DNA of 64,000 nucleotides from an uncultured delta proteobacterium (GTDB taxonomy: Bacteria; Desulfobacterota; RBG-13-43-22). Positions 28,089 through 39,493 of the stretch are shown one piece after another (position 1 is the first letter of the stretch; every line of letters begins with the position of its first letter). The stretch covers positions 1,088,001 through 1,152,000 of the forward strand of contig CAWBOS010000010.1 of the NCBI GenBank assembly GCA_963790475.1. Direction: 5' to 3'. The notes beneath the pieces were generated by a model. That model searched no databases, was not told the DNA's origin, and was given only the letters and a program-made list of their open reading frames with translations. The position numbers were made by a program, and so were the translations under genes.

Positions 28089-31067
28089 TTATGGGGCAAC
28101 AATTGTCCAAGAGCTGTCACCGACCGCGCCAGGCGAGCCCATGGAAACAAGGTTTGTGCCGTTCATCAGCCAGATGTATAATTGGCCGGTAGCAGTATGA
28201 CGCCAGAGGATATCCGCCTGACCATCCCCATTGAAATCACCCACTCCTTTAATCTGCCAATTCAAATCACTCACCGCCCCTGGAGAACCCACGGAAGTAA
28301 TGGTAGTTCCGTTCATCAGCCAAATGAAGACCTGTCCGCTAATGGCATGCCGCCAGAGAATATCGTTCTTTCTATCCCCGTTGAAATCGCCTACGCCCTT
28401 GATCTCCCAGTTCAGGTCGCTGACTGCACCCGGGGAATCCTGGGAGGCAATGGTGGTCCCATCCATCAGCCAGATATAGACCTGCCCGGTAATATTATTT
28501 TGCCATAGTATATCCGCTTTGCCGTCCCTGTCGAAGTCCCCTACCCCTTTGATCTCCCAGTTCAGGTCGACCGTTCCCGGCGAACCCTGGGAAGCAATGG
28601 TAGCTCCATTCATTAGCCAGACGTACACTTGCCCAGTTAATACATGCCGCCATAGTATATCCGCCTTGCCATCCCCATTGAAGTCTCCCACGCCCTTTAT
28701 CTGCCAGTTCGGGTCGCTAATGGTTGCCGGGGAACCGCTGGAAATAATGGTGCTATTATTCATCAACCATACGTAGAGCTGTCCGGTAGACACATTACGC
28801 CAAAGTATGTCCGTCTTCCCGTCATTGTTGAAATCCCCCGTGCCAACAATCTCCCAATCCAAGGGAACTCCTTGATAAATCACTATGGAATTGCTTAAAG
28901 TAACTCCATCCATATACCAGAGGGCGATATCCCCACGGACCTTATGTCTCCAGAAGATGTCCATCTTCCCGTCACTATTGAAATCAACCTTAGGAGTACT
29001 GTTAATAATATTGAAATTCAGAACAGAGCTCCATGGACCTAGCCCCCAGCTATTCTGGGTCTGAATCTGCCAATTTCCACTGCCTGGGGAGAGAATGGCG
29101 GAAGGAGTTATTGAACAGACTCCCGTCCCCGAAGCACATCCTGCTTGGGCGGCGGTGTAGGTTTGGTTAACTTTGGTTCCGGTCGAATCACGCACCAATA
29201 AATTATATTGATCTGCATTGGATACGGCATTCCAATAATACGTCGGCGAGGTCAAAGACATGATCCCTGAAGGGGAAATCAGTGTAGAAGCGGCAGGCGA
29301 ACCTAAGGTCGTAAAAGTCATATCCGATCCGTAGCTGGTTCCTGCACCATTGGTGGCCACCACTCGGTAATGGTAGGTGGTACTGGTTATAAGCCCGGTT
29401 AAGCCCTTGCTCATTGCGGTGTTGGTGTAGCCGGTTACCGGGCTCTGATCTGCGGTTACCGTCAAACCGTAGGATGTGTCCAAACCGTATTGAAAAGTCA
29501 CCGTGGTATTAAGGTTATTGGCATTCACCGTTCCATTCAAGGTAGCCGAATTAGTAGTCACGTTGGTCACTGACCCCGTGGTAACCATAGGAGGACCGGA
29601 AAGAGAATTATTGGCTTGGTTGACATTGATTCTTTTTTTAGAAACTGAAGTGCATTTTGAATCGGTAACCGTTAATCCAGTGGAAGAAAAGGCATTTAGG
29701 ATCTGGGTCACCGTGGCTGAGGGGTTGCTCTGTTTCATCAAGGCCCAGGCCCCGGTAACATGGGGGGTCGCCATGGATGTACCGTCCCAGCTCTGGTAAC
29801 CGCCTCCGGGAACGGATGAATTAATGGATGATCCCGGGGCCAAAAGGCTCATAAAGGGAGCGCTGTTGCTATAAGAGGCAACCTGGTCAACATCATCCGT
29901 TGCACCAACGCTGATGGCCGATGAGATGCAGGCTGGGGCTGAAATATAGCCGCAATACCCGTTGTTCCCGCTGGCAATGACCGTTGCGATTCCGGCCCCC
30001 CGCAAGGTATCAATAATTGGTTTTTCCGGTTCGCTGTCACAGTTGGAGCTATATGCACTCCCCCCGAGGCTCAAATTGGACGAGGCAATCGTAAAGGAAC
30101 CTCGGAGATCGTAGACACGCTGCAGGCCATTCATAATGTCCGATGTCCAAGCCATGACGCAGGGAGAACTTCCGACGCCGCAATAAGAGTCCGAGTCAAA
30201 TCGGCTAAAAACCTGTATGGCGATGATGCCGGCCCCAGGAGCCACTCCCGGACCGGGGCTTCCTGCGATGCCGCTCCTCCCGGCCGCGATCCCGGCTACG
30301 TGAGTTCCGTGACTGCATTCCCCTGCAGGACAACTCCCTCCATAGGGCATAGCCGACCCGGTTGCCCTAGAACTGGTCACTCCCCCCGGACACAGGGAAG
30401 AGGACCCGGAATAAGAGTCATTCGTTGAATAGCAGGCCTCAGAAACGACGCTGTTGGTTAGAAAAGGATGGGTTTTGTCGACACCGGTATCCAGTATGGC
30501 CACGGCAACTCCGCTCCCGGTAATCCCCGAAGCCTGCATTGTTGCGGCCCCAATGCGGGGGACACTTAGATTCAAGATCGGGGGAACGGGAATGTCCTCA
30601 TGAATACTGTCGACATCCGATGAATCAAGGAGGGCGTTAAGGGTCTCCGCATCAACCGTCATGGATAGATGAGGCGTGTATTTAAATGCATGAGTGCCAA
30701 CAGTGCTTCTTCCTTTTCGCGCCAGGTCTGTTAATACCCGGCCCTGGACCTCTGAAATCGCAGACCGTTGTAACGGACCTTCCTGTCCCACCAAAAGGGA
30801 CTCGGGAGTGTAAGGAACAGCAACCCGAACAATGATCCTGACCCTGCCCTGGTTCCTGGCCTTTGAGGAAAGGCGGGGATATCCACCCCAACTGGTTATT
30901 TTTTTTTCAAATGGATGGGTGGGGGATTGGTCTCCGGAAAAATTAAAGACTTGTCCTGATCCATCGGCTTCAAGTATCTGCCCAAACTGGAAAAGGATAC
31001 TTATGGCCAAGAAGATTCTAATCCCAAACAGAACAAACGTAGGCCGTTTAGGGAATCGTCCGGACAT
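28089..31067 (-). CDS. Secreted S8 subtilase with propeptide, FN3-like domains and a six-repeat FG-GAP C-terminus
   Basis: Catalytic triad ILDTG / HGTHVAG / GTSMATPHV, oxyanion ASGN and a signal peptide. Confidence 0.93.
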   Translation of the reverse strand: MSGRFPKRPTFVLFGIRIFLAISILFQFGQILEADGSGQVFNFSGDQSPTHPFEKKITSWGGYPRLSSKARNQGRVRIIVRVAVPYTPESLLVGQEGPLQRSAISEVQGRVLTDLARKGRSTVGTHAFKYTPHLSMTVDAETLNALLDSSDVDSIHEDIPVPPILNLSVPRIGAATMQASGITGSGVAVAILDTGVDKTHPFLTNSVVSEACYSTNDSYSGSSSLCPGGVTSSRATGSAMPYGGSCPAGECSHGTHVAGIAAGRSGIAGSPGPGVAPGAGIIAIQVFSRFDSDSYCGVGSSPCVMAWTSDIMNGLQRVYDLRGSFTIASSNLSLGGSAYSSNCDSEPEKPIIDTLRGAGIATVIASGNNGYCGYISAPACISSAISVGATDDVDQVASYSNSAPFMSLLAPGSSINSSVPGGGYQSWDGTSMATPHVTGAWALMKQSNPSATVTQILNAFSSTGLTVTDSKCTSVSKKRINVNQANNSLSGPPMVTTGSVTNVTTNSATLNGTVNANNLNTTVTFQYGLDTSYGLTVTADQSPVTGYTNTAMSKGLTGLITSTTYHYRVVATNGAGTSYGSDMTFTTLGSPAASTLISPSGIMSLTSPTYYWNAVSNADQYNLLVRDSTGTKVNQTYTAAQAGCASGTGVCSITPSAILSPGSGNWQIQTQNSWGLGPWSSVLNFNIINSTPKVDFNSDGKMDIFWRHKVRGDIALWYMDGVTLSNSIVIYQGVPLDWEIVGTGDFNNDGKTDILWRNVSTGQLYVWLMNNSTIISSGSPATISDPNWQIKGVGDFNGDGKADILWRHVLTGQVYVWLMNGATIASQGSPGTVDLNWEIKGVGDFDRDGKADILWQNNITGQVYIWLMDGTTIASQDSPGAVSDLNWEIKGVGDFNGDRKNDILWRHAISGQVFIWLMNGTTITSVGSPGAVSDLNWQIKGVGDFNGDGQADILWRHTATGQLYIWLMNGTNLVSMGSPGAVGDSSWTIVAP

Positions 31068-31447
31068 AATTATAATTCTTCCTCCTAAAACTGTCGATGA
31101 TCGAACGGTTCTTATCAGTCGAAGAATCGTCCATCTGAGCTTTGTTCAGAGTTCTCAAAAAGGCGGTATAAGAGATTCCCAGGCGCGTAACATCTTCTAA
31201 TTATGAATATTTTATTTTCATAACAAGTTTATTATCGAATTGCCCCTGTATGACTCCAAAAATTGGTGGTAATGGAACAAAAATTGTTCCTCTGGAATTG
31301 AATAAGGCCCTATTTTCCTAGCTCTTTGAAGACCTTCTTCAATATCCCATCGACCTCATATTTTTTTGATAACAGGAATTTCTTTTTAAACAGATAGTTA
31401 TCCCTAATTTCCTTGTCGCAAATTTTTGATAAAACTTTAATTGCTAC

Positions 31448-32183
31448 TTATAACGAATTAGAAATGGATGCTTGTTGATCTGTCTTTTGCATTTTTTGTA
31501 CCGACAAATTTAATTCAGCATCCGAAGGGCGGATATAAAGGGGGTGAATCTCTTCCGGGGAATACTGTTGGTCCGCTTGAAATCGTGAGCAGGCCAGGAT
31601 CCCAAGGACGAGAGGAGATATATAATGCAAGTGAGGCGTGGGGAATATGGCTCTGGAGCCAAGGGTCTCTTTAAAAAAATCCTTAAAAAGAATGGCCCCG
31701 TTGCCCACCAAAAGTACCGGTTCTTTTAACTCCTTGACTAAATTTTGAGGTTTAACGTGTCTTGGTTCCCCTATCATTTCCACCTTCCCCTCGGGAGTTG
31801 ACTTGGAAGAAAGCACAAAAAACCTCTTTCTGACGGGCATCAATCAAGGGGCAGATCAGATAGGGGCAATAAGGGAAAGAGAAAGCCAGGGCCTCCAGGG
31901 TGGAAACTCCCATGACCGGCTTCCGAGTAGCCAGAGCCAGGCCTTTGATCGTGGCAATCCCGATGCGCAGGCCGGTAAAACTCCCCGGACCCGTGGTTAC
32001 GACCCAAAGGTCTATATCGTCAAGACCCCAACCAGCCTGTTCCAGCAGAAAAAAAATAGTGGCCCACAACCGGTTGGCATGAGTTTTGGCCACCCGTATC
32101 TGGGCCTGAGCCCGCAATACCTCCCCTTCCAGGAGAGCCACTCCCCCGGTCTCAGTCGCGGTATCCAGGGCCAGTATTTTCAA
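31448..32183 (-). CDS. tsaB: t6A biosynthesis protein TsaB (frameshift near 31805)
   Basis: MKILALDTAT, GPGSFTGLRIG and IDAR in one frame, PLYIRPSDAE in the next. Confidence 0.9.
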
Positions 32184-32338
32184 CTTCTATCTAATTTTAT
32201 AAGTTTTAAATGGTTTAATGATTCCATGATCTTCTTATAATACGACATTTTTGTTCCGAGTTCGGAGTTCGGAGATTCTGTCCAAAGCTATTGAATATCA
32301 ACTCAGAAATAGATACTCCGAACTAATCTCCTGAATCC

Positions 32339-33484
32339 TCAGTGAATGAGTCGGAGGATGTCATTATAAAATACGAAAACCATAAGCAGGATCAGAATAA
32401 ACATCCCCACCTGCTGGGCGACTTCCCGTTTCTTCAGGCTGAGGGGTTTGCCTGAGATCCATTCAATAGCGAAAAAAAATAGATGCCCGCCGTCCAAAAT
32501 GGGGATGGGCAGGAGATTGAGTATCCCCAGATTGATGCTCAGCAAAGCGGTAAAAAACAAGAGGTTGGTCCATCCCTCTCGAGCCTGCTGGTCGGCCAAC
32601 TGAGCGATAAAAATTGGTCCGCCCAAGGTCTCTAAGGGTACCTTTCGTTGGATCAGTTTTACCAAACTGACCACGGTCAATTTGGTAATCTCAAAGGTTT
32701 GCACAACCCCGCTTTGAATGGCCTCCCCTAACCCCAAATTCTTGGTAAAAAACTTGCCGGAGGGTGTGACCCCGATTACCGTTTCCTGAACATCCTCCCC
32801 GAAAATGTTTTTGACCGTACTAGTGATCGGGGTAACCTCCGTTTTGTATTGCCGATCTCCTCGAACGAAGATCACCGGTATGGGTTTCCCGGGATTTTTT
32901 CGGACGATATCAGGCAGTTCTTTCCAGGTCGTTACCGGGATTCCGGCCATCCGGATTATTTTGTCTCCGGATCGAAGTCCGGCCTGATAGGCGGGATAGT
33001 TAGGCTTGACCTCCCCGATATCGCTGGTCAGGATAACCTGCCCCACGAACAAAAAACCCAGAAAAAAGACGGCGATGGCAAAAAAGAAATTAAATAAAGG
33101 GCCGCAAAAAACAATCAGCATGCGTTTCCAGACAGTCTTATGAGAAAAGGAGCGTTCTGTCTCTTCCTCGGGGACTTCATCATCCAGCCCTTCCCCCACC
33201 ATTTTTACATATCCTCCCAAAGGAAAGGCGGAAATCCGGTAATCAGTTTCCCCCACCTTGAGACCAACCAACCGAGGTCCCAAACCAAATGAAAATCGCT
33301 CCACTTTGACACCGAAAAATTTTGCCGCCAGAAAATGCCCCATCTCGTGAAAAAAGATCAGCAATCCGAGGACAATGATAAAAGGCCCCAGCTTATATAA
33401 TAACCCCGAAAACCAGGGCTGGTGTTCGGCTGTTGCCGCAAGAACGGCGATGAAACTTTGAATCTGTATCAGGATCATTTCCAT
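32339..33484 (-). CDS. rseP: RIP metalloprotease RseP
   Basis: HEMGH, a PDZ domain and NLLPIPILDGG. Confidence 0.95.
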   Translation of the reverse strand: MEMILIQIQSFIAVLAATAEHQPWFSGLLYKLGPFIIVLGLLIFFHEMGHFLAAKFFGVKVERFSFGLGPRLVGLKVGETDYRISAFPLGGYVKMVGEGLDDEVPEEETERSFSHKTVWKRMLIVFCGPLFNFFFAIAVFFLGFLFVGQVILTSDIGEVKPNYPAYQAGLRSGDKIIRMAGIPVTTWKELPDIVRKNPGKPIPVIFVRGDRQYKTEVTPITSTVKNIFGEDVQETVIGVTPSGKFFTKNLGLGEAIQSGVVQTFEITKLTVVSLVKLIQRKVPLETLGGPIFIAQLADQQAREGWTNLLFFTALLSINLGILNLLPIPILDGGHLFFFAIEWISGKPLSLKKREVAQQVGMFILILLMVFVFYNDILRLIH

Positions 33485-33650
33485 ATCATGGCTTCCTTCT
33501 TAAGGTTCTTTCTGACAATTAAAGGTTAATAGACTGAAGGCTGAAGGTGGAAGGCTGAAGACTGAAAGAAAACCAAAACCCGACTATAGGTACGAATAAT
33601 AGATCTTGGCACTTCCCGTTTTGCTGATTTTTTCCTTCAACCTCCTGCCT

Positions 33651-34836
33651 TCAGTCTTCAGCCTTCAGCCTAAATCCTTGCTTTTTTGCAATCCAGGCCC
33701 CGGCTTGTCTTCTGGCCCACCTGTCTATCTGCAGGATTTCTTCCAACCCAGACGGGGTGCACCGTTGGTGTTTCCCCATGGTGTCTTCTATGACTGCAGG
33801 AATCCCCTGATAGGGCAAGACTCCGGATAAAAAAGAGTAAACAGCCGACTCATTGGCGGCATTTAAGACTACCGGCATACTTCCTCCCTGTCTCCCGGCT
33901 TCCAGGGCCATTCTCAGGCAAGGGAATCTTTCCAGGTCCGGCGGGAAAAAGGTTAAACCGTTCAGGCCGATCAGATCCAGGGATGTCTTGGTTCAACGGC
34001 AATCGATCAGGATAAGAAAGGGCATAGGCTATGGGTATCATCATATCCGGGTTTCCCATTTGGGCCAAATGGGAACCGTCCTGAAATTCCACCATAGAAT
34101 GGATAATACTCTGCGGATGAATAATCACGGAAATCTGATCCAGGGATACCCCAAACAACCATTGGGCCTCCATCACCTCCAGCCCTTTGTTCATCAGGGT
34201 GGCTGAGTCAATGGAAATCTTGGGGCCCATTTTCCATCGGGGATGATTCAGGGCCTCCTTACCGGTAATCCGTTTCATGGCTTCCAGCGGATATTCCCAA
34301 AAAGGCCCTCCGGAGGCGGTGAGGATAATTCTCTTTAAACGACTTCGCTGCTGCCCCTGGAGTACCTGAAAAATAGCACTGTGCTCGCTGTCGACCGGTA
34401 AAATGGTCACCCCATGTTTTCGGGCCTCTTCTATTATCAAGGCACCGGCCATCACCAAAGGTTCTTTGTTAGCCAGGGCGAGGGTCTTTCCGGCCTTAAT
34501 GCCCGCCAAAGTGGGCCGCAAACCTATGGCCCCGACCATAGCCGAAACGACCATATCCACTTCTTTCAAAGTGGCCACTTCTTCATGTCCTTCATTTCCC
34601 CAAAGGACCTTTAGGGGAAACCCGGGGAATCCATCGCTGGTCAGTTCGGCGGCCTCTTTCTTGGACGACACCGAAACGGATAGTGGTTTAAAATATAGGA
34701 TCTGCTCTCTCAGCAGCGGCACATTTTTCCCGGCCGAAAGTCCTATTATGCGAAATTGATCCTCAAACTGCCGCACCAGGTTAAGGACCTGGACCCCGAT
34801 CGAACCGGTACTGCCTAAAAGGGATAGATTTTTCAA
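33651..34836 (-). CDS. dxr: 1-deoxy-D-xylulose 5-phosphate reductoisomerase (frameshift near 33990)
   Basis: LGSTGSIG, LANKE, PVDSEH and MGPKISIDSATL. C-terminal VLNAANE lies in a different frame. TTG start at 34836. Confidence 0.93.
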
Positions 34837-34891
34837 TGCTTCAATCGAGTCCTGGCCTATAGGATAAGAGTCAAAAAATATTCTGATCCGT

Positions 34892-35714
34892 CTAAAAAAA
34901 TTTAATAAAAAAATATAATAGCGGTACCGGCAGCAACAGGCTGTCCATACGGTCCAGAAGACCTCCATGACCGGGAAAAATGGAACCCGAGTCTTTTACC
35001 CGGGCGGCCCGTTTTAACATCGATTCTAACAAATCGCCCACCTGACTGACAACACCAATCGTCAAGCTTAAGGAGACCATTTGAAGAAAAGAACGAGAAG
35101 AGAAAAGGGTCATTTGAAAAATCCAGGCCACCAAAATATTGGCCGCCAGCCCTCCCAGCGATCCTTCGAGGGTCTTTTGGGGACTGACCATGGGGGCCAG
35201 TTTATGCCTTCCCAAGGTTCGTCCCATATAATAGGCCCCGGTATCCCCGGCATAATTAACGGCCAGCAAGAAAAAAAGCCACTTAAGACCTCGGGGCTCC
35301 AATCGAACCAGGATGAAAAAGGGGATAAAGAGGGGTAAGTACCAGAGGCCCAGCAACTGTTTGCCCAGGGATTCAAAAAATCGATTCTGATTCGGAAAAA
35401 CGGAGATCGATCGAATAAAGCTCATGATCGAGCCCAGGATTAAGGCCATGAACAGGCCCTCCACCCCTTTCCAATAAGCCCCCCAAACGGACAAGGTTCC
35501 TATCAGCCAGAAAGAACCATAAATCAAACCCAACAGGTTTTTGATAAATCAAATGCAATAATTCCCGGTTTCCAAAGGAAAAAACCGCCCAAACAAAGAA
35601 GATGAAAAGAACAGGCCCTCCCCAAAAGAGGATGGCAAAGAGCAGGGGTATAATCAAAGCCGCGGTGATGATCCGCTGGCTGTGAGTGGTGGAAGACTTT
35701 AAACTCAAAAACAA
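34892..35714 (-). CDS. cdsA: Phosphatidate cytidylyltransferase (frameshift near 35530)
   Basis: N-terminal QRIITA in one frame. DTGAY, SPQKTLEG and GDLLESMLKR...KDSG...PGHGGLLDRMDS in the next. Confidence 0.92.
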
Positions 35715-35718
35715 CTCC

Positions 35719-36483
35719 TCAGGAATCTTGTTGGCGGGGCAAGGACCTTTTTCCCTGAACCTGTTCGCCGGTCAGGCCGAATCGTCTTTCCCTTTTGTTG
35801 AATTCTTGAATGGCGTTCAGAAGGTGTCTTTTTCGGAAATCAGGCCAAAGGGTCGGTGTGACATAAAATTCGGTGTAGGCCATTTGATAAATCAGGAAAT
35901 CACTGAGCCGGAATTCCCCGCTGGTTCTTATTAATAAATCAGGATCGGGAAGACCACGGGTGTCAAGGAAACTTTCAAAGGTCTTTTCAGAAATATCGTC
36001 CAGAGAAAGTACTCCTTCCTTAACGGATTCGGCAATTTTTCGAACAGCCCTAACGATTTCCTCCCGGCCGCTGTAACTCAAGGCCACATTCAGGATCATG
36101 GCGGAATTCTCTTTGGTTTGGTCAATGGCTGAAAGCAGTTGAGTCTGAAGCTTTTCCGGTAGGCGCTCCAGGTTTCCGATAATACGTAAGGCAATCCCGT
36201 TATCGATAAATTCCTTGATTTCGGACTTCAGGTAACGGGAGAGCAGTTGCATCAGAGCCTTAACCTCCCATTTGGGACGATTCCAATTTTCTCTGGAAAA
36301 GGCATAGAGGGACAAAACCGAAACACCAGCCTCCCGGCAGGTCCTAACCACCTCCCGAACCGACTCCACCCCTTGCCGGTGTCCGGCGACCCGCGGCATA
36401 GATCGCTGCTGGGCCCAACGGCCGTTTCCATCCATAATAATGGCGATATGCCTGGGCACTTTTTCCGGATTACTTGATTTCAT
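35719..36483 (-). CDS. uppS: Undecaprenyl diphosphate synthase
   Basis: HIAIIMDGNGRWA, FSRENW and DLLIRTSGE. ATG at 36483. Confidence 0.95.
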   Translation of the reverse strand: MKSSNPEKVPRHIAIIMDGNGRWAQQRSMPRVAGHRQGVESVREVVRTCREAGVSVLSLYAFSRENWNRPKWEVKALMQLLSRYLKSEIKEFIDNGIALRIIGNLERLPEKLQTQLLSAIDQTKENSAMILNVALSYSGREEIVRAVRKIAESVKEGVLSLDDISEKTFESFLDTRGLPDPDLLIRTSGEFRLSDFLIYQMAYTEFYVTPTLWPDFRKRHLLNAIQEFNKRERRFGLTGEQVQGKRSLPRQQDS

Positions 36484-36568
36484 GTTATATTGAAACGGAG
36501 ATAGGGAACGTTTTTCAAAACTTTCAGTGTATTTCACCTAAGTTAAAGGTTGGGTATTATCGAAGCCG

Positions 36569-37126
36569 TTAAAAGGATAAAATCTCTTTTTCTTTCTCCT
36601 CGCTGATTCGATCCACTTTTTCGATATAGTCGTTAGTGATCTTCTGGACCTCTTCCTGCCCTTTAAAAAAGGCATCTTCGGAAATAGTCTTGTCTTTTTT
36701 AAGCTCTTTAAAAGATTCGTTGGATTCCCGGCGGATATTCCTTAAGGCCACCCTGGATTCTTCAGCCATTTTCTTGATGACCTTAACCAAATCCCGGCGT
36801 CTTTCCTCGGTCAAAGCGGGTATATTGATGCGAATCATTTTCCCGTCATTGATCGGGGTAAGTCCAAGTTCAGATTTAAGGACGGCCTTCTCGATATCTC
36901 CGATGGCCTTGATATCCCAGGGTTGAATGGTAATCAGCCGGCTTTCCGGAACGGCTATGGAGGCCACTTGATTTAAGGGAACCTGACTGCCGTAATATTG
37001 GACCCGAAGCCCATCCAGCAGGGAAACCGATGCCCGCCCGGTACGAATACGGGCTTGGTCTTTTTTCAGGGCCTCTATGGCCTTTTCCATTCTTTCCTTG
37101 GTCTCTTTGTATACTTGCTCCACCAT
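36569..37126 (-). CDS. frr: Ribosome recycling factor
   Basis: IRTGRAS and LTEERRRDL motifs, operon context. Confidence 0.97.
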   Translation of the reverse strand: MVEQVYKETKERMEKAIEALKKDQARIRTGRASVSLLDGLRVQYYGSQVPLNQVASIAVPESRLITIQPWDIKAIGDIEKAVLKSELGLTPINDGKMIRINIPALTEERRRDLVKVIKKMAEESRVALRNIRRESNESFKELKKDKTISEDAFFKGQEEVQKITNDYIEKVDRISEEKEKEILSF

Positions 37127-37151
37127 GGCTTACCCCTTTATGGCGAACTTT

Positions 37152-37877
37152 TCAAAGGTCTCTTATCAAGGTCCCGATGCGGGACCCAAGGATGATCTTT
37201 TTCAAATTCCCTTTAATCAGGCCGTTAAAAACGATAATGGGGATGTCGTTTTCCCTGGCCAAAGAAACGGCTGTGGCATCCATGACCTGAAGATGACTCT
37301 GCAAAAAGAGGGAATAGCTTATTTCTTTAAAAATTTTGGCCTCTGGATTCAATTTGGGATTCTCATCATAGACCCCATCCACCTGGGTGGCTTTTAAAAT
37401 CACTTCCGCCCCCAGTTCCGAGGCCCGCAAGGCCGCGGCCGTATCGGTGGTAAAAAAAGGATTTCCGGTTCCGGCCGCCAGCAGCAGGACCGTCCCCTTT
37501 TCCATCAGGGTCTTGGCTGCCTGAGGGACATAGGCTTCGGTCAGGGCTTGAACGGGCAAGGCCGATAAGACCTGGGCCGGGACTTTTTGGTTTTTCAAGG
37601 CCTCTTTAATGGCCACGGCATTAAAAAGAGTGGCCAGCATCCCCAGATAATCGGCCTGAATCCGGTCCATGCCTCGGGCACTGGCCGCAACCCCGCGGAA
37701 AATATTTCCACCCCCAATCACTATCCCGAGTTTGGTCCCCAGGGTAACGATTTCCTTAATCTCCCGGGCGGTCTTTTGAACGACATCGACGTCAATACCA
37801 AACCCTTTGTCGCCTGCCAGGGCCTCCCCGCTGAGTTTTAAGAGGATTTTTTTGTATTTTATTTTGATTGCCGACAT
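37152..37877 (-). CDS. pyrH: UMP kinase
   Basis: LLKLSGEAL, GGGNIFRG and GNPFFTTD. Confidence 0.97.
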   Translation of the reverse strand: MSAIKIKYKKILLKLSGEALAGDKGFGIDVDVVQKTAREIKEIVTLGTKLGIVIGGGNIFRGVAASARGMDRIQADYLGMLATLFNAVAIKEALKNQKVPAQVLSALPVQALTEAYVPQAAKTLMEKGTVLLLAAGTGNPFFTTDTAAALRASELGAEVILKATQVDGVYDENPKLNPEAKIFKEISYSLFLQSHLQVMDATAVSLARENDIPIIVFNGLIKGNLKKIILGSRIGTLIRDL

Positions 37878-38030
37878 GATTTATTCTTGATAGCCAATAT
37901 ACGGTTAAAGGATCGCCCGGATAAGCCGGAATTGAGGAACGTCCCGACTTTGCCGGGACTTAAGGGGAAAAGCAATTGCCTTAGGCCTCAGCAGAGCGTT
38001 CCTCAAGCGAAGCGCTCCTCGAACTTTTTT

Positions 38031-38627
38031 TTATTCTTCCCCCAACTGGAAGCGGGAAAATCGCCGGATGGTGATGCTCTCACCGATCTGACCGATCTTT
38101 TCATTCAGCAAATCGGTTATGGTGATATCCGGATTTTTGACATAAGGTTGTTCCATCAAGCAGGACTCTTTAAAAAATTTTTCGAGTTTACCCTCCACAA
38201 TTTTCTCTAAAACCTTTTCCGGTTTTCCGGATTCTTTGGCTTGAGCCAGATAGATCTCTCTCTCTTTTTCCAAAAGATCGGCCGGCATCTCTTCCCGACG
38301 CACACAAACCGGATTGGCCGCAGCGATATGCATGGACAGGTTATGGACCAGTTCCCCAAATTGTTCGGTTCGACCTACAAAATCAGTTTCACAGTTAACC
38401 TCCACCATGACCCCGATTTTTCCTCCGCCATGAATATATGATCCGATTTGTCCTTGGGAAGTAGCCCGGCCGGCCCTTTTCTGGGCGGTGGCCAACCCTT
38501 TTTTCCGTAAATATTCTACGGCCTTTTCCATATCCCCCTCGGTCGCTTTTAAGGCCTCTTTACAATCCATCATTCCGGCCAGGGTCTTATCCCGGAGGGT
38601 CTTGACTAATTCTGATGTTATATTCAA
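38031..38627 (-). CDS. tsf: Elongation factor Ts (short form)
   Basis: GMMDCKEAL and EVNCETDFV, 198 aa. Confidence 0.97.
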   Translation of the reverse strand: MNITSELVKTLRDKTLAGMMDCKEALKATEGDMEKAVEYLRKKGLATAQKRAGRATSQGQIGSYIHGGGKIGVMVEVNCETDFVGRTEQFGELVHNLSMHIAAANPVCVRREEMPADLLEKEREIYLAQAKESGKPEKVLEKIVEGKLEKFFKESCLMEQPYVKNPDITITDLLNEKIGQIGESITIRRFSRFQLGEE

Positions 38628-39481
38628 CTTTCCGTACCTCCCTCAGTTGCTGTTTCTTCTAACTTACGAATTATGATCACTTCCGGTCCTCCCGGACTTG
38701 GGGGACTTTCGACTGATTTCTCTTCCAAAAAATCTTTTCCGGTCGTGGTTTCTTCGATCCGGCCTTCTTTGTCGACCTCGGTTTGCAGCATCTCTTCCCG
38801 TTTGGCCTTACCTTCCAGACAAGCATCGGCTATTTTGGAGGTAATCAAGCGGATGGCCCGAATGGCATCATCATTACCGGGAATGATGAAATCAATCTCA
38901 TCCGGATCGCAGTTGGTATCCACGACCGATACCAGGGGGATCCCTAATTTCCTGGCCTCCAGGATGGCAATCCCTTCTTTCCGCGGATCAATGACAAAAA
39001 CGGCCTTGGGCAGGGCCTCCATCTCCTTTATTCCTCCCAGGTTACGCAGAAGTTTGACGTACTCCCGATCCATATTGATGATCTCTTTCTTGGGAAACCT
39101 CTGGATAGTGCCGTCGGCCTTGATCCTTTCCAAATATTTCAATCGTTCGATTCCCAGACGGATGGTCACAAAGTTGGTCATGGTTCCACCCAGCCAGCGA
39201 TGATTGACATAAAACATCCCGCAGCGTTCGGTTTCCTCCTTGATGGCTTCCTGGGCCTGCTTCTTGGTCCCGACAAAAAGGACCGATCCTCCCTGGGCCA
39301 CGGTATCCACTACAAAATCATAAGCGGTCTTAAATAAACTGACGGTTTTTTGCAGGTCGATGATGTAGATCCCATTTCTGGCCCCATAAATATAGGGCTT
39401 CATTTTTGGGTTCCAACGTTTGGTCTGATGGCCGAAATGAACCCCGGCCTCCAACAATTGTTTCATAGAAACATACGACAT
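38624..39481 (-). CDS. rpsB: 30S ribosomal protein S2
   Basis: [15 protein letters not shown] and PGNDDA. ATG at 39481 with GGAGG RBS. Confidence 0.97.
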   Translation of the reverse strand: MSYVSMKQLLEAGVHFGHQTKRWNPKMKPYIYGARNGIYIIDLQKTVSLFKTAYDFVVDTVAQGGSVLFVGTKKQAQEAIKEETERCGMFYVNHRWLGGTMTNFVTIRLGIERLKYLERIKADGTIQRFPKKEIINMDREYVKLLRNLGGIKEMEALPKAVFVIDPRKEGIAILEARKLGIPLVSVVDTNCDPDEIDFIIPGNDDAIRAIRLITSKIADACLEGKAKREEMLQTEVDKEGRIEETTTGKDFLEEKSVESPPSPGGPEVIIIRKLEETATEGGTES

Positions 39482-39493
39482 TTTTATCCTCCT

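Noticed and set aside
23469-28776. Many plus-strand ORFs with repeated PSPLKSPTPLISQ
   Set aside because: They are antisense shadows of the FG-GAP repeats.
31448-35714. tsaB, dxr and cdsA as true pseudogenes or programmed frameshifts
   Set aside because: Each has a single indel with no other decay and no shared canonical slippery signal, so sequencing error is more parsimonious.
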